DNA of 42,137 nucleotides from Bdellovibrionota bacterium (GTDB taxonomy: Bacteria > Bdellovibrionota_C > UBA2361 > OMII01): assembly GCA_044356215.1 (NCBI GenBank), contig JBIKWQ010000026.1:1-42137 (forward strand), given 5' to 3'. Each line of letters starts with the position of its first letter. Position 1 is the stretch's first letter. Shown piece by piece: positions 27,606-37,497 of this stretch. The translations under genes and the position numbers were made by a program. The notes beneath the pieces were generated by a model. That model worked only from the letters and a program-made list of their open reading frames with translations. It was not told where the DNA came from and searched no databases.

Positions 27606-28772
27606 CTAAATAGGATTATCCCAATGCCTCAACTGCTCCTCGCTCTGCACCACTGGCACAGGGGGCTTGTCATCGATCCACTCAAGTAAAGATCCAACGT
27701 TCGCGACTCCCTCGGCGACTAAATTAAAGGGCAGTGTCACTAGCTCAAACGGCAGCGCTTTCCAGTTCCACTTATCATCGAAGTTACGCTTGTAAAACGA
27801 TAGCGCCTCCTGCTCGATATACGGGAAGGGAAACAATCCATTCTTCTCTTTACTAGGCGGAAAAAGCGAGACGGTCTGCGTGTACGCTAGACTTACATAG
27901 TGGTCAGCGAATAGAAAAATAGTCTCAGGTCGACCGATCTGCTCGCGCAGTTTCATCCCGTATGAAAACGGCACTGTGCGATCAAAGATCCCTAGAACTA
28001 AAAGGGTATCGCGCCCATCGAGGTATTGAGCCGTGTATTTTGGGTCGGTGCGTAGCTGCTTTTTTAGCGCCGTGAAGAACTGTTCCTCGGAATATCCACG
28101 GGTATCGCTCACTGTACGGATGTAATTCTCGATCCTTGGTTGATTCGAGTCGCGGAATAGATTTACCAGATCCGTTCCTCCCATCGCCAGCACGTTGTAC
28201 TTTAGGCGCGGATCGACACCGGCGGTTAACGCGACATTTATCGCCCCGCGGCTAATCCCGAAACTTCCGAATTTATGTTTTCCGTACTCTGCCTGAAAGA
28301 AATCAAGCGCGAGCCGATCACGGATAATATTCGCGCGGAAGATCTGCTCTAGCTGCTCAAATTTCGTCGGATCCTTAAACTCGTTGCTACGATTTACTAT
28401 CGCCGCGTCGACTCCCGACTCAACTAAGTATCGCGCGAAGTGTTTCTCGATAAAGTTCTTCCCTCCTAAAACCGGAAACACCAAGACAAGCGAATCGGTT
28501 CGTTTATTGCCCTGGAAGTAATCGACCACTATCGGCCCCGAATAGGAATCGATCGTAATGTGCTTATGGGTATAGTCAGGGGTTACCCGCTCAATCTCCT
28601 CACGGAAGCTGCCGTATGGTCGCTCTGGGCGATAGTAGCTCTCCATCTCCGCTGGTCGCTCTGGTGGCCCCTTGTAGGAGGAGCTGGCTGTTAGCCGAAA
28701 GCAGCCGGATGCCGAGATAGAGATCGCTAAAAGCGAAATCAACGAAAACCACCCTCTTTTTGATTGGCGCAT
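27606..28772 (-). CDS. Alpha/beta-hydrolase lipoprotein
   Basis: Lipobox ASGC; GISRG nucleophile elbow; FDRTVP Asp; ADHY His. Confidence 0.8.
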   Translation of the reverse strand: MRQSKRGWFSLISLLAISISASGCFRLTASSSYKGPPERPAEMESYYRPERPYGSFREEIERVTPDYTHKHITIDSYSGPIVVDYFQGNKRTDSLVLVFPVLGGKNFIEKHFARYLVESGVDAAIVNRSNEFKDPTKFEQLEQIFRANIIRDRLALDFFQAEYGKHKFGSFGISRGAINVALTAGVDPRLKYNVLAMGGTDLVNLFRDSNQPRIENYIRTVSDTRGYSEEQFFTALKKQLRTDPKYTAQYLDGRDTLLVLGIFDRTVPFSYGMKLREQIGRPETIFLFADHYVSLAYTQTVSLFPPSKEKNGLFPFPYIEQEALSFYKRNFDDKWNWKALPFELVTLPFNLVAEGVANVGSLLEWIDDKPPVPVVQSEEQLRHWDNPI

Positions 28773-28805
28773 ATCCTCGTCCTAAAGATCTAGTGCTAAT
28801 TAGGA

Positions 28806-28967
28806 TAGGCCGTCGCAGTTCTTTTTCACCACAGAGGACGCAGAGGACACAGAGAGTGGTCCATGTTATCGGCAATGATCGAGTTCTCTCTGTGTCCTCT
28901 GCGTCCTCTGTGGTAGAATTCTTCACTAATCGTCCCTGCAGCTTACCAAAAACACTGCAACGCCCTC
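28806..28967 (+). mobile_element. MITE, full diverged copy
   Basis: Same TIRs and internal hairpin; 10-bp TSD CTAATTAGGA at 28796-28805 and 28968-28977. Confidence 0.88.
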
Positions 28968-29185
28968 CTAATTAGGATGTCGGAATTTCTTGGATTGTTC
29001 TGAATACCGAAATATACGCTGGCGTCTAAATCTACTAGGTGGGCTAGTGGCGTGATTAATACAGTCAATAAACCTCCCAATAAATTCGCCACTTGCCCGC
29101 CATTTTCCTTCACAATTAGAACGTGTTAGGCTCTGTCACCCGCGGCGCCATTTACGCCTTCCGCGAATTCCATAAAGGTTAGGAC

Positions 29186-30850
29186 GTGTCATCAAAGCAG
29201 CTATCTATTTCGCCGAAAACAGCCCTGATTGCCCTCTCTGTATTTATATTAATGGTCAGGTTAATAACCCTGGCCTGCCCCGACCTAGTCGACACCACAG
29301 AGGGCAGGTACGCGGGTGTTGCCCAACTGATGCTACAGCGCGATGACTGGGTGACTCCCTGGATTTACTTTGAGGGGACTCAAAAACCGTATCTAGGCAA
29401 ACCACCGCTGCATTTCTGGCTAGTACAGACCTCATTCCTTATCTTTGGAGAGAACAACTTCGCCGCGCGTCTCCCAGGGGTTGTAAGCGCTGTCGGTATA
29501 GCAGCGGCATTAGCTGTAGCTGTAGTTAATTTGCTCGGCTGGGAAGCGGCCTTAGTGGCGATAGCGATCTTTGGGTCCTCATGCATGACCTTCTTTCTTG
29601 GTGGAGCTGTATTATTGGATGTCACGCTCACCTTTGGTTTGAGTATCGCTCTAGTTGGATTTCTTTTAGCCGATAGATCAAAGCTCGCTGGTTATGCCGT
29701 ATTCCTGGGCCTGGGATTAGGAGTTCTGGTCAAGGGTCCGTTAGCTTGCGTACTAGCTGGAGTCGTTGTCGCTCCGTGGGCGCTTTGGCAGAAGGTAGTA
29801 AACAAATCGTGGCCGGTGCAGCTCTCCAAGCTCCCTTGGGTAACTGGAGCAGCTCTTTTCCTAGCCACTGTTATTCCTTGGTACATCTGGGCTGAGATCC
29901 GCAATCCTGGATTTTTAAAGTACTTCCTCTGGAATGAGAACTTCGGTAGATACTTAAAGAGTGATTACGGAGACGAGTACGGCACCGGCCACAAACAACC
30001 TTTTGGCGTCGCCTGGGCGATGATGCTTTTGGCTGTGTTCCCTTGGTCCTTCATAATTCTAGGGTTAATTGGCGCCAAATTTAAGAGCTTCGCCTCGAAA
30101 TCAACAATTTCGCGCATAAGCGAGGATCCTCTGCTGCTCTTCGCGTTATGCTGGACCTTAAGCTGCCCTGTGCTCCTTCTTGGCGCGAGGCAATACACGG
30201 CCACATACTTAATGCCCTCTGTTCCTGGCTTTGCTCTACTGGTCGCCGTTCTATGGAGCCGTCACCGCGCGCGTGAGTTAACTTCTGAGAGATCTATCAA
30301 TAACGCCCTTACTATTAGCACAGCGCTTATTATCGTGACGTGGGCGGTTGTCTCAATCTGCACATTTTGGCTCTCGCCTAATCTGCTAATCAGCATCTCG
30401 TCGCTCGCGTTGGCTCTTTGGACAGGAACGGCTTTTTTCCGTTTCGCTAAAACAGAACGCAAACCGGGCCAAACTTTAGGTGTTTTAATTCTTCTTTCGT
30501 TTATAACGATTCTAGTATTCGGCTCCGCTACTCTTGGAATGAATAATCACCTCTCAAAAAACAGGTCCGCGCGGCGCGCACTTCAAGTGGCTCATGAGAT
30601 CAAGAAAGATAAGAGCAAACTTAAGATAGGATTCCCATATTATTTCCCCTTCTCATCAGCGTTTTATGCCCCTTTAATTTTTGCAGACGGCGCTGAGACG
30701 CTCTTTTTAAAAGAGGGGCAGATCAACTCCGCCGACTTTGACATTCTGATAGTCAGAGAACGCAACCTAGAGAGGCTAAGCAAAGAGCTCCCTAATACGA
30801 CCGAATTAGCGTCGGAAGGTCAGTGGCGGATAATCGAGCGTAAGCAATAA
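29186..30850 (+). CDS. ArnT-like (GT-C) membrane glycosyltransferase
   Basis: DTTEGRY..VA..M...DWVTP, YLGKPPLHFWL, FAARLP, LVKGP, PWY. Confidence 0.88.
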   Translation: MSSKQLSISPKTALIALSVFILMVRLITLACPDLVDTTEGRYAGVAQLMLQRDDWVTPWIYFEGTQKPYLGKPPLHFWLVQTSFLIFGENNFAARLPGVVSAVGIAAALAVAVVNLLGWEAALVAIAIFGSSCMTFFLGGAVLLDVTLTFGLSIALVGFLLADRSKLAGYAVFLGLGLGVLVKGPLACVLAGVVVAPWALWQKVVNKSWPVQLSKLPWVTGAALFLATVIPWYIWAEIRNPGFLKYFLWNENFGRYLKSDYGDEYGTGHKQPFGVAWAMMLLAVFPWSFIILGLIGAKFKSFASKSTISRISEDPLLLFALCWTLSCPVLLLGARQYTATYLMPSVPGFALLVAVLWSRHRARELTSERSINNALTISTALIIVTWAVVSICTFWLSPNLLISISSLALALWTGTAFFRFAKTERKPGQTLGVLILLSFITILVFGSATLGMNNHLSKNRSARRALQVAHEIKKDKSKLKIGFPYYFPFSSAFYAPLIFADGAETLFLKEGQINSADFDILIVRERNLERLSKELPNTTELASEGQWRIIERKQ

Positions 30851-30867
30851 AGACGCTGTGCTTCGCC

Positions 30868-31374
30868 TTACTTCTCTTCTGGCTTCTTCCCTTCTTCCGT
30901 ATTGGACGCGGCATCTCCTTCAGCCTGCTCACTCCAGAGAGGAAAGCGTGTTGAAAAGCGAGGATCATCGATAATCGTCTGAACCCCTTTCCTGTTCCGC
31001 ATATTAACAAATACTGGGGCTTTTAAGTTAGCCGTAGTCAGTTTTGGATCTGGCCGCACAGTTACGATAACCAAGATCGCGTATTCGTCTTCAGCTTTTA
31101 GATCTGTGTCTTTGTCACCGATAGGAGGCTTTACATCGAACTGAGGACCGAACTCAAAACCATCAACTACTACGAAGGCCAAATTCGGATCGTCAACTGA
31201 ATGTAACCACGAGAACGGCGGCTTGTGGTCTAGCATAACGAAGCGGGTTGTATGAGGGAATCCAATGACCCCTGAAGGGATCTCAATCAGCACATCCACC
31301 GGAACGGTAAACTCACCGAACCTGGAGCTCTGAAAGGTTAACATCTCGCCTGAATTTTTCTGCTCCTCACTCAT
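30868..31374 (-). CDS. fliW: Flagellar assembly factor FliW
   Basis: SSRFG, GVIGF, PFSWLHS.DDP.LAFVV, TANLKAPV. Confidence 0.93.
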   Translation of the reverse strand: MSEEQKNSGEMLTFQSSRFGEFTVPVDVLIEIPSGVIGFPHTTRFVMLDHKPPFSWLHSVDDPNLAFVVVDGFEFGPQFDVKPPIGDKDTDLKAEDEYAILVIVTVRPDPKLTTANLKAPVFVNMRNRKGVQTIIDDPRFSTRFPLWSEQAEGDAASNTEEGKKPEEK

Positions 31375-31376
31375 GA

Positions 31377-31766
31377 CTATTTCTGCCCCCCTAACTTAGG
31401 AGAGCTAGCCCCCTTCTCTTGCTTATCACTACCACCACTAGACTGCTCACCACCTCTGGTCGCCCCTACTGAACGACCTTTAAAACTAACGGCCTTCGGA
31501 GTTAAGCTTCCCTGGCCGCTTTTACTAGGAACGCCCTTTAACCCGATTGAAAGCTGATCAAGGGACGCCTCAGTAACATCTCCACGAGCCGCAGTACGGT
31601 TCTCCTCGAGAATCTGCTGGTAGATCTCCTCGCGGTAGATCTTTTCCTCCGGCGGAGCCTCGATACCTAGACGCACCTGATTACCCTTTACCTCCACCAC
31701 AACGACCTTAATCCGGCCGTCTCCGATGTAGATACTCTCTCCTATCTTTCGCGTTAAAATTAACAT
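31377..31766 (-). CDS. csrA: Carbon storage regulator CsrA with long C-terminal extension
   Basis: [33 protein letters not shown]....IYREEIY. Confidence 0.95.
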   Translation of the reverse strand: MLILTRKIGESIYIGDGRIKVVVVEVKGNQVRLGIEAPPEEKIYREEIYQQILEENRTAARGDVTEASLDQLSIGLKGVPSKSGQGSLTPKAVSFKGRSVGATRGGEQSSGGSDKQEKGASSPKLGGQK

Positions 31767-31979
31767 TTCTGTCGCCTTCCTTGGCTTTCCTACACCTGTG
31801 TCGTTTGCACTTAGGATGCTAGTGCAGTTGATTAAGCACTAACTTATTGAAGAGACACCTACAATATAGAAAGCCCAGAATGCCGTTTTATAGGAAGGTT
31901 TGAATAAGGCATGTTCGTTTTCGTCAAAAAGTGTTGTATCCTTTCGATCTGTCATTGTTACTTAGGAATCTAATAACTT

Positions 31980-32843
31980 ATGAAAAGAATACTACTTTTT
32001 ATCGCTACCAACTTTTTAGTTATCTTAACGATCTCAATCCTGCTTAGGCTTCTAGGAATTGGGAACTATCTCTCGGCACAAGGGATCGACTACTACCAGT
32101 TAGGCGCCTTCTGCCTAGTTTGGGGTATGGTTGGCTCATTAATATCGCTGGCCATCTCGCGCATGAGCGCAAAGATGATGATGGGGATCCAGTTAGTAGA
32201 TCGCTCAACTACCGAGGTAGCTTGGCTTTACTCCATGATTGAGGATCTCTCCCGCAAGGCTGGTCTTCCAGTAGTTCCAGAGGTTGGAATTTATCAGAGC
32301 CCTGAGGTCAACGCTTTTGCTACTGGACCATCAAAGCGCAGGTCGCTTGTGGCTTTCTCTACAGGCCTTCTAAATGCGATGAACAGGAACGAGGTAGAGG
32401 GTGTCGCCGCTCACGAGATTGCGCATATCGCCAACGGTGACATGGTTACGATGACGCTTCTGCAGGGTGTGATAAACGCGTTTGTAATGTTCTTCGCCAG
32501 AGTTATCTCGTGGGCGATAGCGCAGAACTCGCGCGATGAGAATCGTCACGCTAGTTCATACATGGTGACGTTCTTATTAGAGATGGTCTTAGGAATTTTA
32601 GGAATGCTGGTAGTAGCTGCATTCTCAAGATACCGTGAGTTTAGAGCCGATCTAGGTGGAGCACGTTACGCTGGAAAGCACGACATGATAGCGGCACTTG
32701 AGCGATTAGCGAGCCACACGAAGGTATATGACAAGCAGGCTTCGTTAGCCGCGTTTAAGATCTCTGGAGGACCAGGAGCTTGGTTCTCGACTCATCCGCC
32801 TTTAGAGAAGAGGATTGAGGCTTTGAGGAAGGCTGCGGTTTAG
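31980..32843 (+). CDS. htpX: Membrane zinc protease HtpX
   Basis: MKRILLFIATN, EVNAFATG, AHEIAHIANGDMVTM, SRYREFRAD, STHPPLEKRI. Confidence 0.95.
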   Translation: MKRILLFIATNFLVILTISILLRLLGIGNYLSAQGIDYYQLGAFCLVWGMVGSLISLAISRMSAKMMMGIQLVDRSTTEVAWLYSMIEDLSRKAGLPVVPEVGIYQSPEVNAFATGPSKRRSLVAFSTGLLNAMNRNEVEGVAAHEIAHIANGDMVTMTLLQGVINAFVMFFARVISWAIAQNSRDENRHASSYMVTFLLEMVLGILGMLVVAAFSRYREFRADLGGARYAGKHDMIAALERLASHTKVYDKQASLAAFKISGGPGAWFSTHPPLEKRIEALRKAAV

Positions 32844-32886
32844 GGGTCCAATAACGTGAGGGGAGCTTAACATCCTCACCTCCCGT

Positions 32887-32950
32887 ACTCGTGCTCGAAA
32901 ACGTGAAACGTTCACGTCGACGTTATACGGTGCCGTGCACGAGCAGGAGT
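32887..32950. repeat. Imperfect palindrome between convergent htpX and cyclophilin genes
   Basis: ACTCGTGCTCG...CGAGCAGGAGT outer stem enclosing an ACGTGAA/TTCACGT inverted repeat. Confidence 0.5.
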
Positions 32951-32965
32951 GATGGATCGATCCCC

Positions 32966-33550
32966 TTACCCCTTCTTAGGCAGTACCTGATTCCATGCTG
33001 CAATCTTCGGAGCTACCTTTGGATTCTCCATAAGAGCCTTGGTATCACCAGAAATCTTGATCGAAACGATCTTATCTCCCTGAACTATCGAGTTCACTAC
33101 ATTCTGGCCCGATGTCACGTGTCCAAACACAGAGTGCTTACCATCAAGCCACGGTGTTGCCACATGGGTAATAAAGAACTGGCTTCCGTTAGTTCCAGGA
33201 CCAGCGTTGGCCATTGAGAGGATTCCAGGTCCTGTATGACGTAATGATGGGTCAAACTCATCCTCAAAGCGGTATCCTGGTCCACCAGCTCCTGTTCCTG
33301 TTGGATCACCACCCTGAATCATAAAATCAGGGATAACTCGGTGAAAAGTGATCCCGTTATAGAAACCCTTCTGCGCCAAATTAACGAAATTAGCCGTTGT
33401 TACCGGCGTCTTATCTGGCTCTAGGGCTATTACGATCTTGCCCTTAGTTGTCTCTATCTCAGCCGACATCTCAGCCGCCGCGGCGACCGACGCCAGGCCT
33501 AAAAACACCCCTGCTACTGCTAGAATTGAAAAAAACATGCCTTTCTCCAT
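32966..33550 (-). CDS. Cyclophilin-type peptidyl-prolyl isomerase, exported
   Basis: [43 protein letters not shown]; signal peptide. Confidence 0.95.
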   Translation of the reverse strand: MEKGMFFSILAVAGVFLGLASVAAAAEMSAEIETTKGKIVIALEPDKTPVTTANFVNLAQKGFYNGITFHRVIPDFMIQGGDPTGTGAGGPGYRFEDEFDPSLRHTGPGILSMANAGPGTNGSQFFITHVATPWLDGKHSVFGHVTSGQNVVNSIVQGDKIVSIKISGDTKALMENPKVAPKIAAWNQVLPKKG

Positions 33551-33696
33551 AAGCTACCTCACTTTGATTTATGCGACCCAGCTGCCCTAAGGAAGCGAGG
33601 CCTAACTTAATTGGAACTGAATACCCGAGTTTTGGATAAAGCGCTACCGTGTCTATCTGAACTCTAACCCAAAACAGCTCCTGTCTAATTATCATT

Positions 33697-33859
33697 TAGG
33701 GCGCTGCAGTTCTTTATCACCACAGAGGACGCAGAGGACACAGAGAACGGCCATTTTATTGGCAATTATGGGGTTTTCTCTGTGTCCTCTGCGTCCTCTG
33801 TGGTAGAAAATATTTTACTAATTATCCCAGCAGCTTACCAAAAACACTGCGACGCCCTG
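33697..33859 (+). mobile_element. 163-bp MITE, full copy
   Basis: TIR TAGGGCGCTGCAGT / ACTGCGACGCCCTG; 9-bp TSD ATTATCATT at 33688-33696 and 33860-33868. Confidence 0.9.
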
Positions 33860-34038
33860 ATTATCATTTGTGGAACTTGGCGTTTTTTGGTACCTCTAAG
33901 GGGTCGTTGAGGCTGGCAACTGGCTTCTTTATTTAGGAGCTGTGCTGCCTACAAAGAGACTCAATCTCCTGACTCACGACACAAGAAGCTAATTGCAGGA
34001 ATGTAACGGTTATATCGTATTTTGCGATCCATAAAATT

Positions 34039-34821
34039 ATGAACAAACTAAAGAATTATATCATCACGACTCTTATCGCTTCGGCGAGCCTAGTCGCTAT
34101 CGCTCCAGTGAACGCAGAGATCTCCGATAAGGACTTCTCTGCTTCAATCGAGAAGTACCTCCAGAGCGACGCTGGCGTAGCCAAAATCGGCTCTGCTCTA
34201 GAGCGCTACTTCCAAAAGAAGCAGCAGGAATCGGCTAAGCAGCAAGAGGAGCAGGCTAAGGCTGACCTAGAGGAGCAGTTCAAGAACCCAGTGAAGATCG
34301 ATATCGGCAAGAGCCCAGTTAAGGGTCCAGCTAACGCCAAAGTAACGATCGTTGAGTTCTCGGACTTTCAGTGTCCATATTGCAAACGTGGCCGTGATGT
34401 AATGGATGAGATGCTCAAGGCTTATCCTAATGACGTAAAGGTTACCTTCAAGCACTTCCCACTAGGCTTTCACAAAGAAGCTGAGCCATCTGCTCGCGCT
34501 TCATGGGCCGCTCAACAACAGGGCAAGTTCTGGGAGTACCACGACATCCTCTTCAACAATCAGGACAAGCTTGGGGCTGATTTCTACCTAGCTACCGCTC
34601 GCGAGCTAAAGCTTGATGAGAAGAAGTTCAAGGCTGACATGGATTCTGAGGCGGCAGCCAAGCAGGTTAAAGAGGACAACGAGGTTGGCGCAAAGAACGG
34701 AATTCAGGGAACACCTGGATTCTTCGTCAACGGTGTAGCTGTTAAGGGTGCTTATCCTTCAGCTCACTTTAAGCAGATTGTTGATCGTTGGCTCAATAAG
34801 GGAGCCGCTGGAGCGAAGTAA
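34039..34821 (+). CDS. DsbA/Com1-like thioredoxin-fold oxidoreductase, exported
   Basis: VTIVEFSDFQCPYC, KHFPL, GIQGTPGFFVNG; signal peptide. Confidence 0.92.
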   Translation: MNKLKNYIITTLIASASLVAIAPVNAEISDKDFSASIEKYLQSDAGVAKIGSALERYFQKKQQESAKQQEEQAKADLEEQFKNPVKIDIGKSPVKGPANAKVTIVEFSDFQCPYCKRGRDVMDEMLKAYPNDVKVTFKHFPLGFHKEAEPSARASWAAQQQGKFWEYHDILFNNQDKLGADFYLATARELKLDEKKFKADMDSEAAAKQVKEDNEVGAKNGIQGTPGFFVNGVAVKGAYPSAHFKQIVDRWLNKGAAGAK

Positions 34822-34846
34822 AGTTTCGCTTTAGTTTCAGTAGTCG

Positions 34847-34882
34847 AAAACCAGGAGCCCTAAAAAGCTCCTGGTTTTTTTT
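34847..34882 (+). terminator. Intrinsic terminator
   Basis: AAAACCAGGAGC / GCTCCTGGTTTT stem followed by a T tract. Confidence 0.85.
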
Positions 34883-35021
34883 GCTCGCGTATTACTATTC
34901 TTAAACAAAGAGGCCACCGAGAGCGGCGAGAATGGAAAGGCACCAATGATGCCCTGCGCCTTTAAATCGTCATGTAATCTTAAACGAAGCCGGAGGACTG
35001 GTCTTACTTCGGATCGTCTTG

Positions 35022-35285
35022 CTACCCTGCCCTAGAGGAGAAAACTACTAGCCCCCCTCCAAATGGAGGCGCTACAGGGTCTTCGCTCCCTGCGGGAAAA
35101 CTGTCAGGTGCGCTGGGCGGCACACCATTCACTCCAACCGTCACCTGCTGAGCCTCTCCCGGAAGAGGTGGCGATGTACCGTAAGTAAGTCGTGCAGAGA
35201 AGATGAATAGCGCGCCACACAACATAGCCACCCCAGCCAACAACCAGGCGCGCTTAAATTTACTTTTAAGCATCTCCGACTCCAC
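35022..35285 (-). pseudogene. Possibly truncated N-terminus of a secreted TolB/PD40-like propeller protein
   Basis: Signal peptide then QVTVGVNG...S.DP....G.LVVFSSRA, resembling a first TolB-like blade, then stop. Confidence 0.4.
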
Positions 35286-35338
35286 AAATCGGTAGTCGGC
35301 GGCTTGCCACTGATGCTTGAGAACTTAGCTCACTGGCC

Positions 35339-35355
35339 TTGGCACGGATAATGCT
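35339..35355 (+). promoter_or_regulatory. sigma54 (-24/-12) promoter
   Basis: TTGGCACGGATAATGCT matches TGGCACG-N4-TTGCW with exact GG-N10-GC spacing, about 55 nt before an ATG with GGAGG. Confidence 0.7.
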
Positions 35356-35410
35356 TGAGTGACTAATACCTGAATGGACTCAGGCAAAACCATTTACTAG
35401 CGGAGGCGCA

Positions 35411-36373
35411 ATGGAAGCGATCCAAGGAATAGGCAGATCACTAATTAACTCAGCGATTTCAGGGCTGGTTAAGACTCAGTCGTCAGACGCTAAACCCTCA
35501 GGAGAGTTCGACTCTACCCTGAAGGCACTTCTTTCCCCGGATAAAACCAACAAGATAAGTGAGGAGGAACTTTTTTCCGGGCTCGTTCAGGAAAGAATAA
35601 AGAAAACAAAGGGCGAGGCCGGGCTCACTGATTTTAAGACGATCTTTGAATCAGCTAAGAACAGGCTGCGAAAAGCCGATGGTTTCGTACCATTTGAGGA
35701 CGCGACTAAAGAGGCGCTTAAGGAGTTCCGCGACACCGGGAAGATCACCAAGGACGAGGCGGACTCGATATATTCTCAAGCATTCACTGGTGCTCAATTA
35801 GACCAGAACACTAACGCTTTGTACGATAATCGCGGCGGCCCAAATGATCCAACTATGGCGGTCGCTGAGATGGAGCAAGCACTGCTATTAAGTGGGGCGA
35901 TAATCGGAAAACTAGACGCCGGAAGTGAGACGGTCGCTACACGATCCCTTGATGAGCCCAGCAACGCGGCGACCAACTCAACAACTAATAGCTCAGCTAA
36001 TCACTCAGAGGCCGGCAGCTCAGGATTCCTCTTCAAGCCAGTGTCTGATAGCGATGGAAAGTTAGCCGTACTCCTTCCGCCTAACTTGGCGGGATTAGTT
36101 CAGAGTGTTTCCCTAGTCGGAGCTAACGGTGAGGTAATTGAGAGCGGCAGATACGCTGGAAACGGCAACGGAGGTCGGGACCACTATCGGTTCACAAAAC
36201 CCGGCGGACAATACTCCGATGGTTTAAGTGTTATGGCTACTTTAACTAATGGCCAACTCGTTAAATACATTATCAATGAGACCTCACAAAGAACCGAGAA
36301 TATTGAGCCATCTAACCAAGGAAGCTCAAGTAATTCAGGGTCAACAGGCCAGCAAGATAATCAATCTTTATAG
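35411..36373 (+). CDS. Hypothetical two-domain protein upstream of motAB
   Basis: 320 aa, strong SD; helical N-domain, Ser/Asn/Thr linker, beta-rich C-domain GFLFKPVSDSDGKLAVLLP...GNGGRDHYRF. Confidence 0.75.
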   Translation: MEAIQGIGRSLINSAISGLVKTQSSDAKPSGEFDSTLKALLSPDKTNKISEEELFSGLVQERIKKTKGEAGLTDFKTIFESAKNRLRKADGFVPFEDATKEALKEFRDTGKITKDEADSIYSQAFTGAQLDQNTNALYDNRGGPNDPTMAVAEMEQALLLSGAIIGKLDAGSETVATRSLDEPSNAATNSTTNSSANHSEAGSSGFLFKPVSDSDGKLAVLLPPNLAGLVQSVSLVGANGEVIESGRYAGNGNGGRDHYRFTKPGGQYSDGLSVMATLTNGQLVKYIINETSQRTENIEPSNQGSSSNSGSTGQQDNQSL

Positions 36374-36532
36374 GCGTCGCACTTTTTTTGGTAAGCTGAT
36401 GGGATAATTAGTGAAATATTCTTACCACAGAGGACGCAGAGGACACAGAGAAAAACCCATAATTGCCCCATAAAACGGCTGTTCTCTGTGTCCTCTGCGT
36501 CCTCTGTGGTGAAAAAGAACTGCGTCGCCCTC
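36371..36532 (-). mobile_element. MITE, full copy in reverse orientation
   Basis: Reverse complement of the other copies; TSD CAATCTTTA / CAATCCTTA (1 mismatch) at 36362-36370 and 36533-36541. Confidence 0.85.
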
Positions 36533-36627
36533 CAATCCTTATAACATAACTCAGTTTGACAAAATCACTTAAAGATCCTCGTGAATTCTATCGACTATTT
36601 CATATGAGTTAACAGGAGGGCTTTCCC

Positions 36628-37488
36628 ATGGGAGTAATTCTTGGGGTCATCGGAGTACTAGGAAGTGTACTGATCGGATTCATGGGACCTGGAGGTCCAG
36701 TCGAGGTACTGTTCCAGCCGTATGAGTTCGTAACGATCGCCGGTGGTATCGGATTCACGATCTTGATTTCATCCCCAGGCGTGGTGTTAAAAGCGATCCT
36801 ACCCGGCGTCATCGGCGCAATTAAAGGAAGTGGTGTAACTAAGGCTCTCTACAAAGATATTCTCGGCCTGATGGCTTGTGTCTTCGATACGATGCGGCGC
36901 GAGGGAGTGCTGGGAATCGAGGGAGATATCTCAAATCCCCATCAGAGCGCTAAATTCAATCGCTATCCCCTGGCCTCTCACAATCACCACCTAATGGATA
37001 CGCTCTGCGGCGCGTTACGACTCTTCGTTGACGGAGTTGTCAACGCGTTTGAGTTGGATCGTCTCCTGGATACAGAGATTGAGACTCACCACGAGGAGGC
37101 GCTTCTAGCTCCAACGGCGGTGAAGACGATGGCCGACTCATTCCCGGCGATGGGCATCGTGGCAGCCGTACTTGGAATCATCATCACCATGCAATTCCTC
37201 GATGGCCCCCCTACTGAGATCGGTCACCACGTAGCCGCTGCTCTTGTAGGTACGATGTTAGGAATCTTCCTTTCGTACGGTCTAATCGGACCGATCGGAA
37301 CAAAGATGGAGCACAACGTACGTGAAGTTACTGGAATACTAAAATGCGTAAAAGCCGGTCTAGTTTCATTCGCTGGAGGCGCGCCTCCGGGAGTCGCTCT
37401 TGAGTTCGCGCGCAAAACGATACCGAGCGCGTTTAGACCGACTTCAGAAGAGCTTGAGGAGATCCTGAAGGAGGCGAAGAAGAAGTAG
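36628..37488 (+). CDS. motA: Flagellar stator MotA
   Basis: QPYEFVTIAG, RREGVL.IE, DSFPAMGIVAAVLG, AALVGTMLGIFLSYG, EFARKTI....RP. Confidence 0.95.
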   Translation: MGVILGVIGVLGSVLIGFMGPGGPVEVLFQPYEFVTIAGGIGFTILISSPGVVLKAILPGVIGAIKGSGVTKALYKDILGLMACVFDTMRREGVLGIEGDISNPHQSAKFNRYPLASHNHHLMDTLCGALRLFVDGVVNAFELDRLLDTEIETHHEEALLAPTAVKTMADSFPAMGIVAAVLGIIITMQFLDGPPTEIGHHVAAALVGTMLGIFLSYGLIGPIGTKMEHNVREVTGILKCVKAGLVSFAGGAPPGVALEFARKTIPSAFRPTSEELEEILKEAKKK

Positions 37489-37497
37489 GTCAATCCA

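Noticed and set aside
28600..28975. ORFs 28600-28926 (-) and 28760-28975 (+) containing TTEDAEDTE / LCVLCVLCG
   Set aside because: These are translations of the MITE palindrome, not credible genes
25625..36532. Recurrent repeats as a CRISPR array or integron attC sites
   Set aside because: Copies are kilobases apart, their loops are homologous rather than unique spacers, they carry TIRs and TSDs, and no cas or intI gene is present
36570..36597. sigma28 promoter before motA (TAAA...ATCGACTA)
   Set aside because: The -10 match to GCCGATAA is too weak to call
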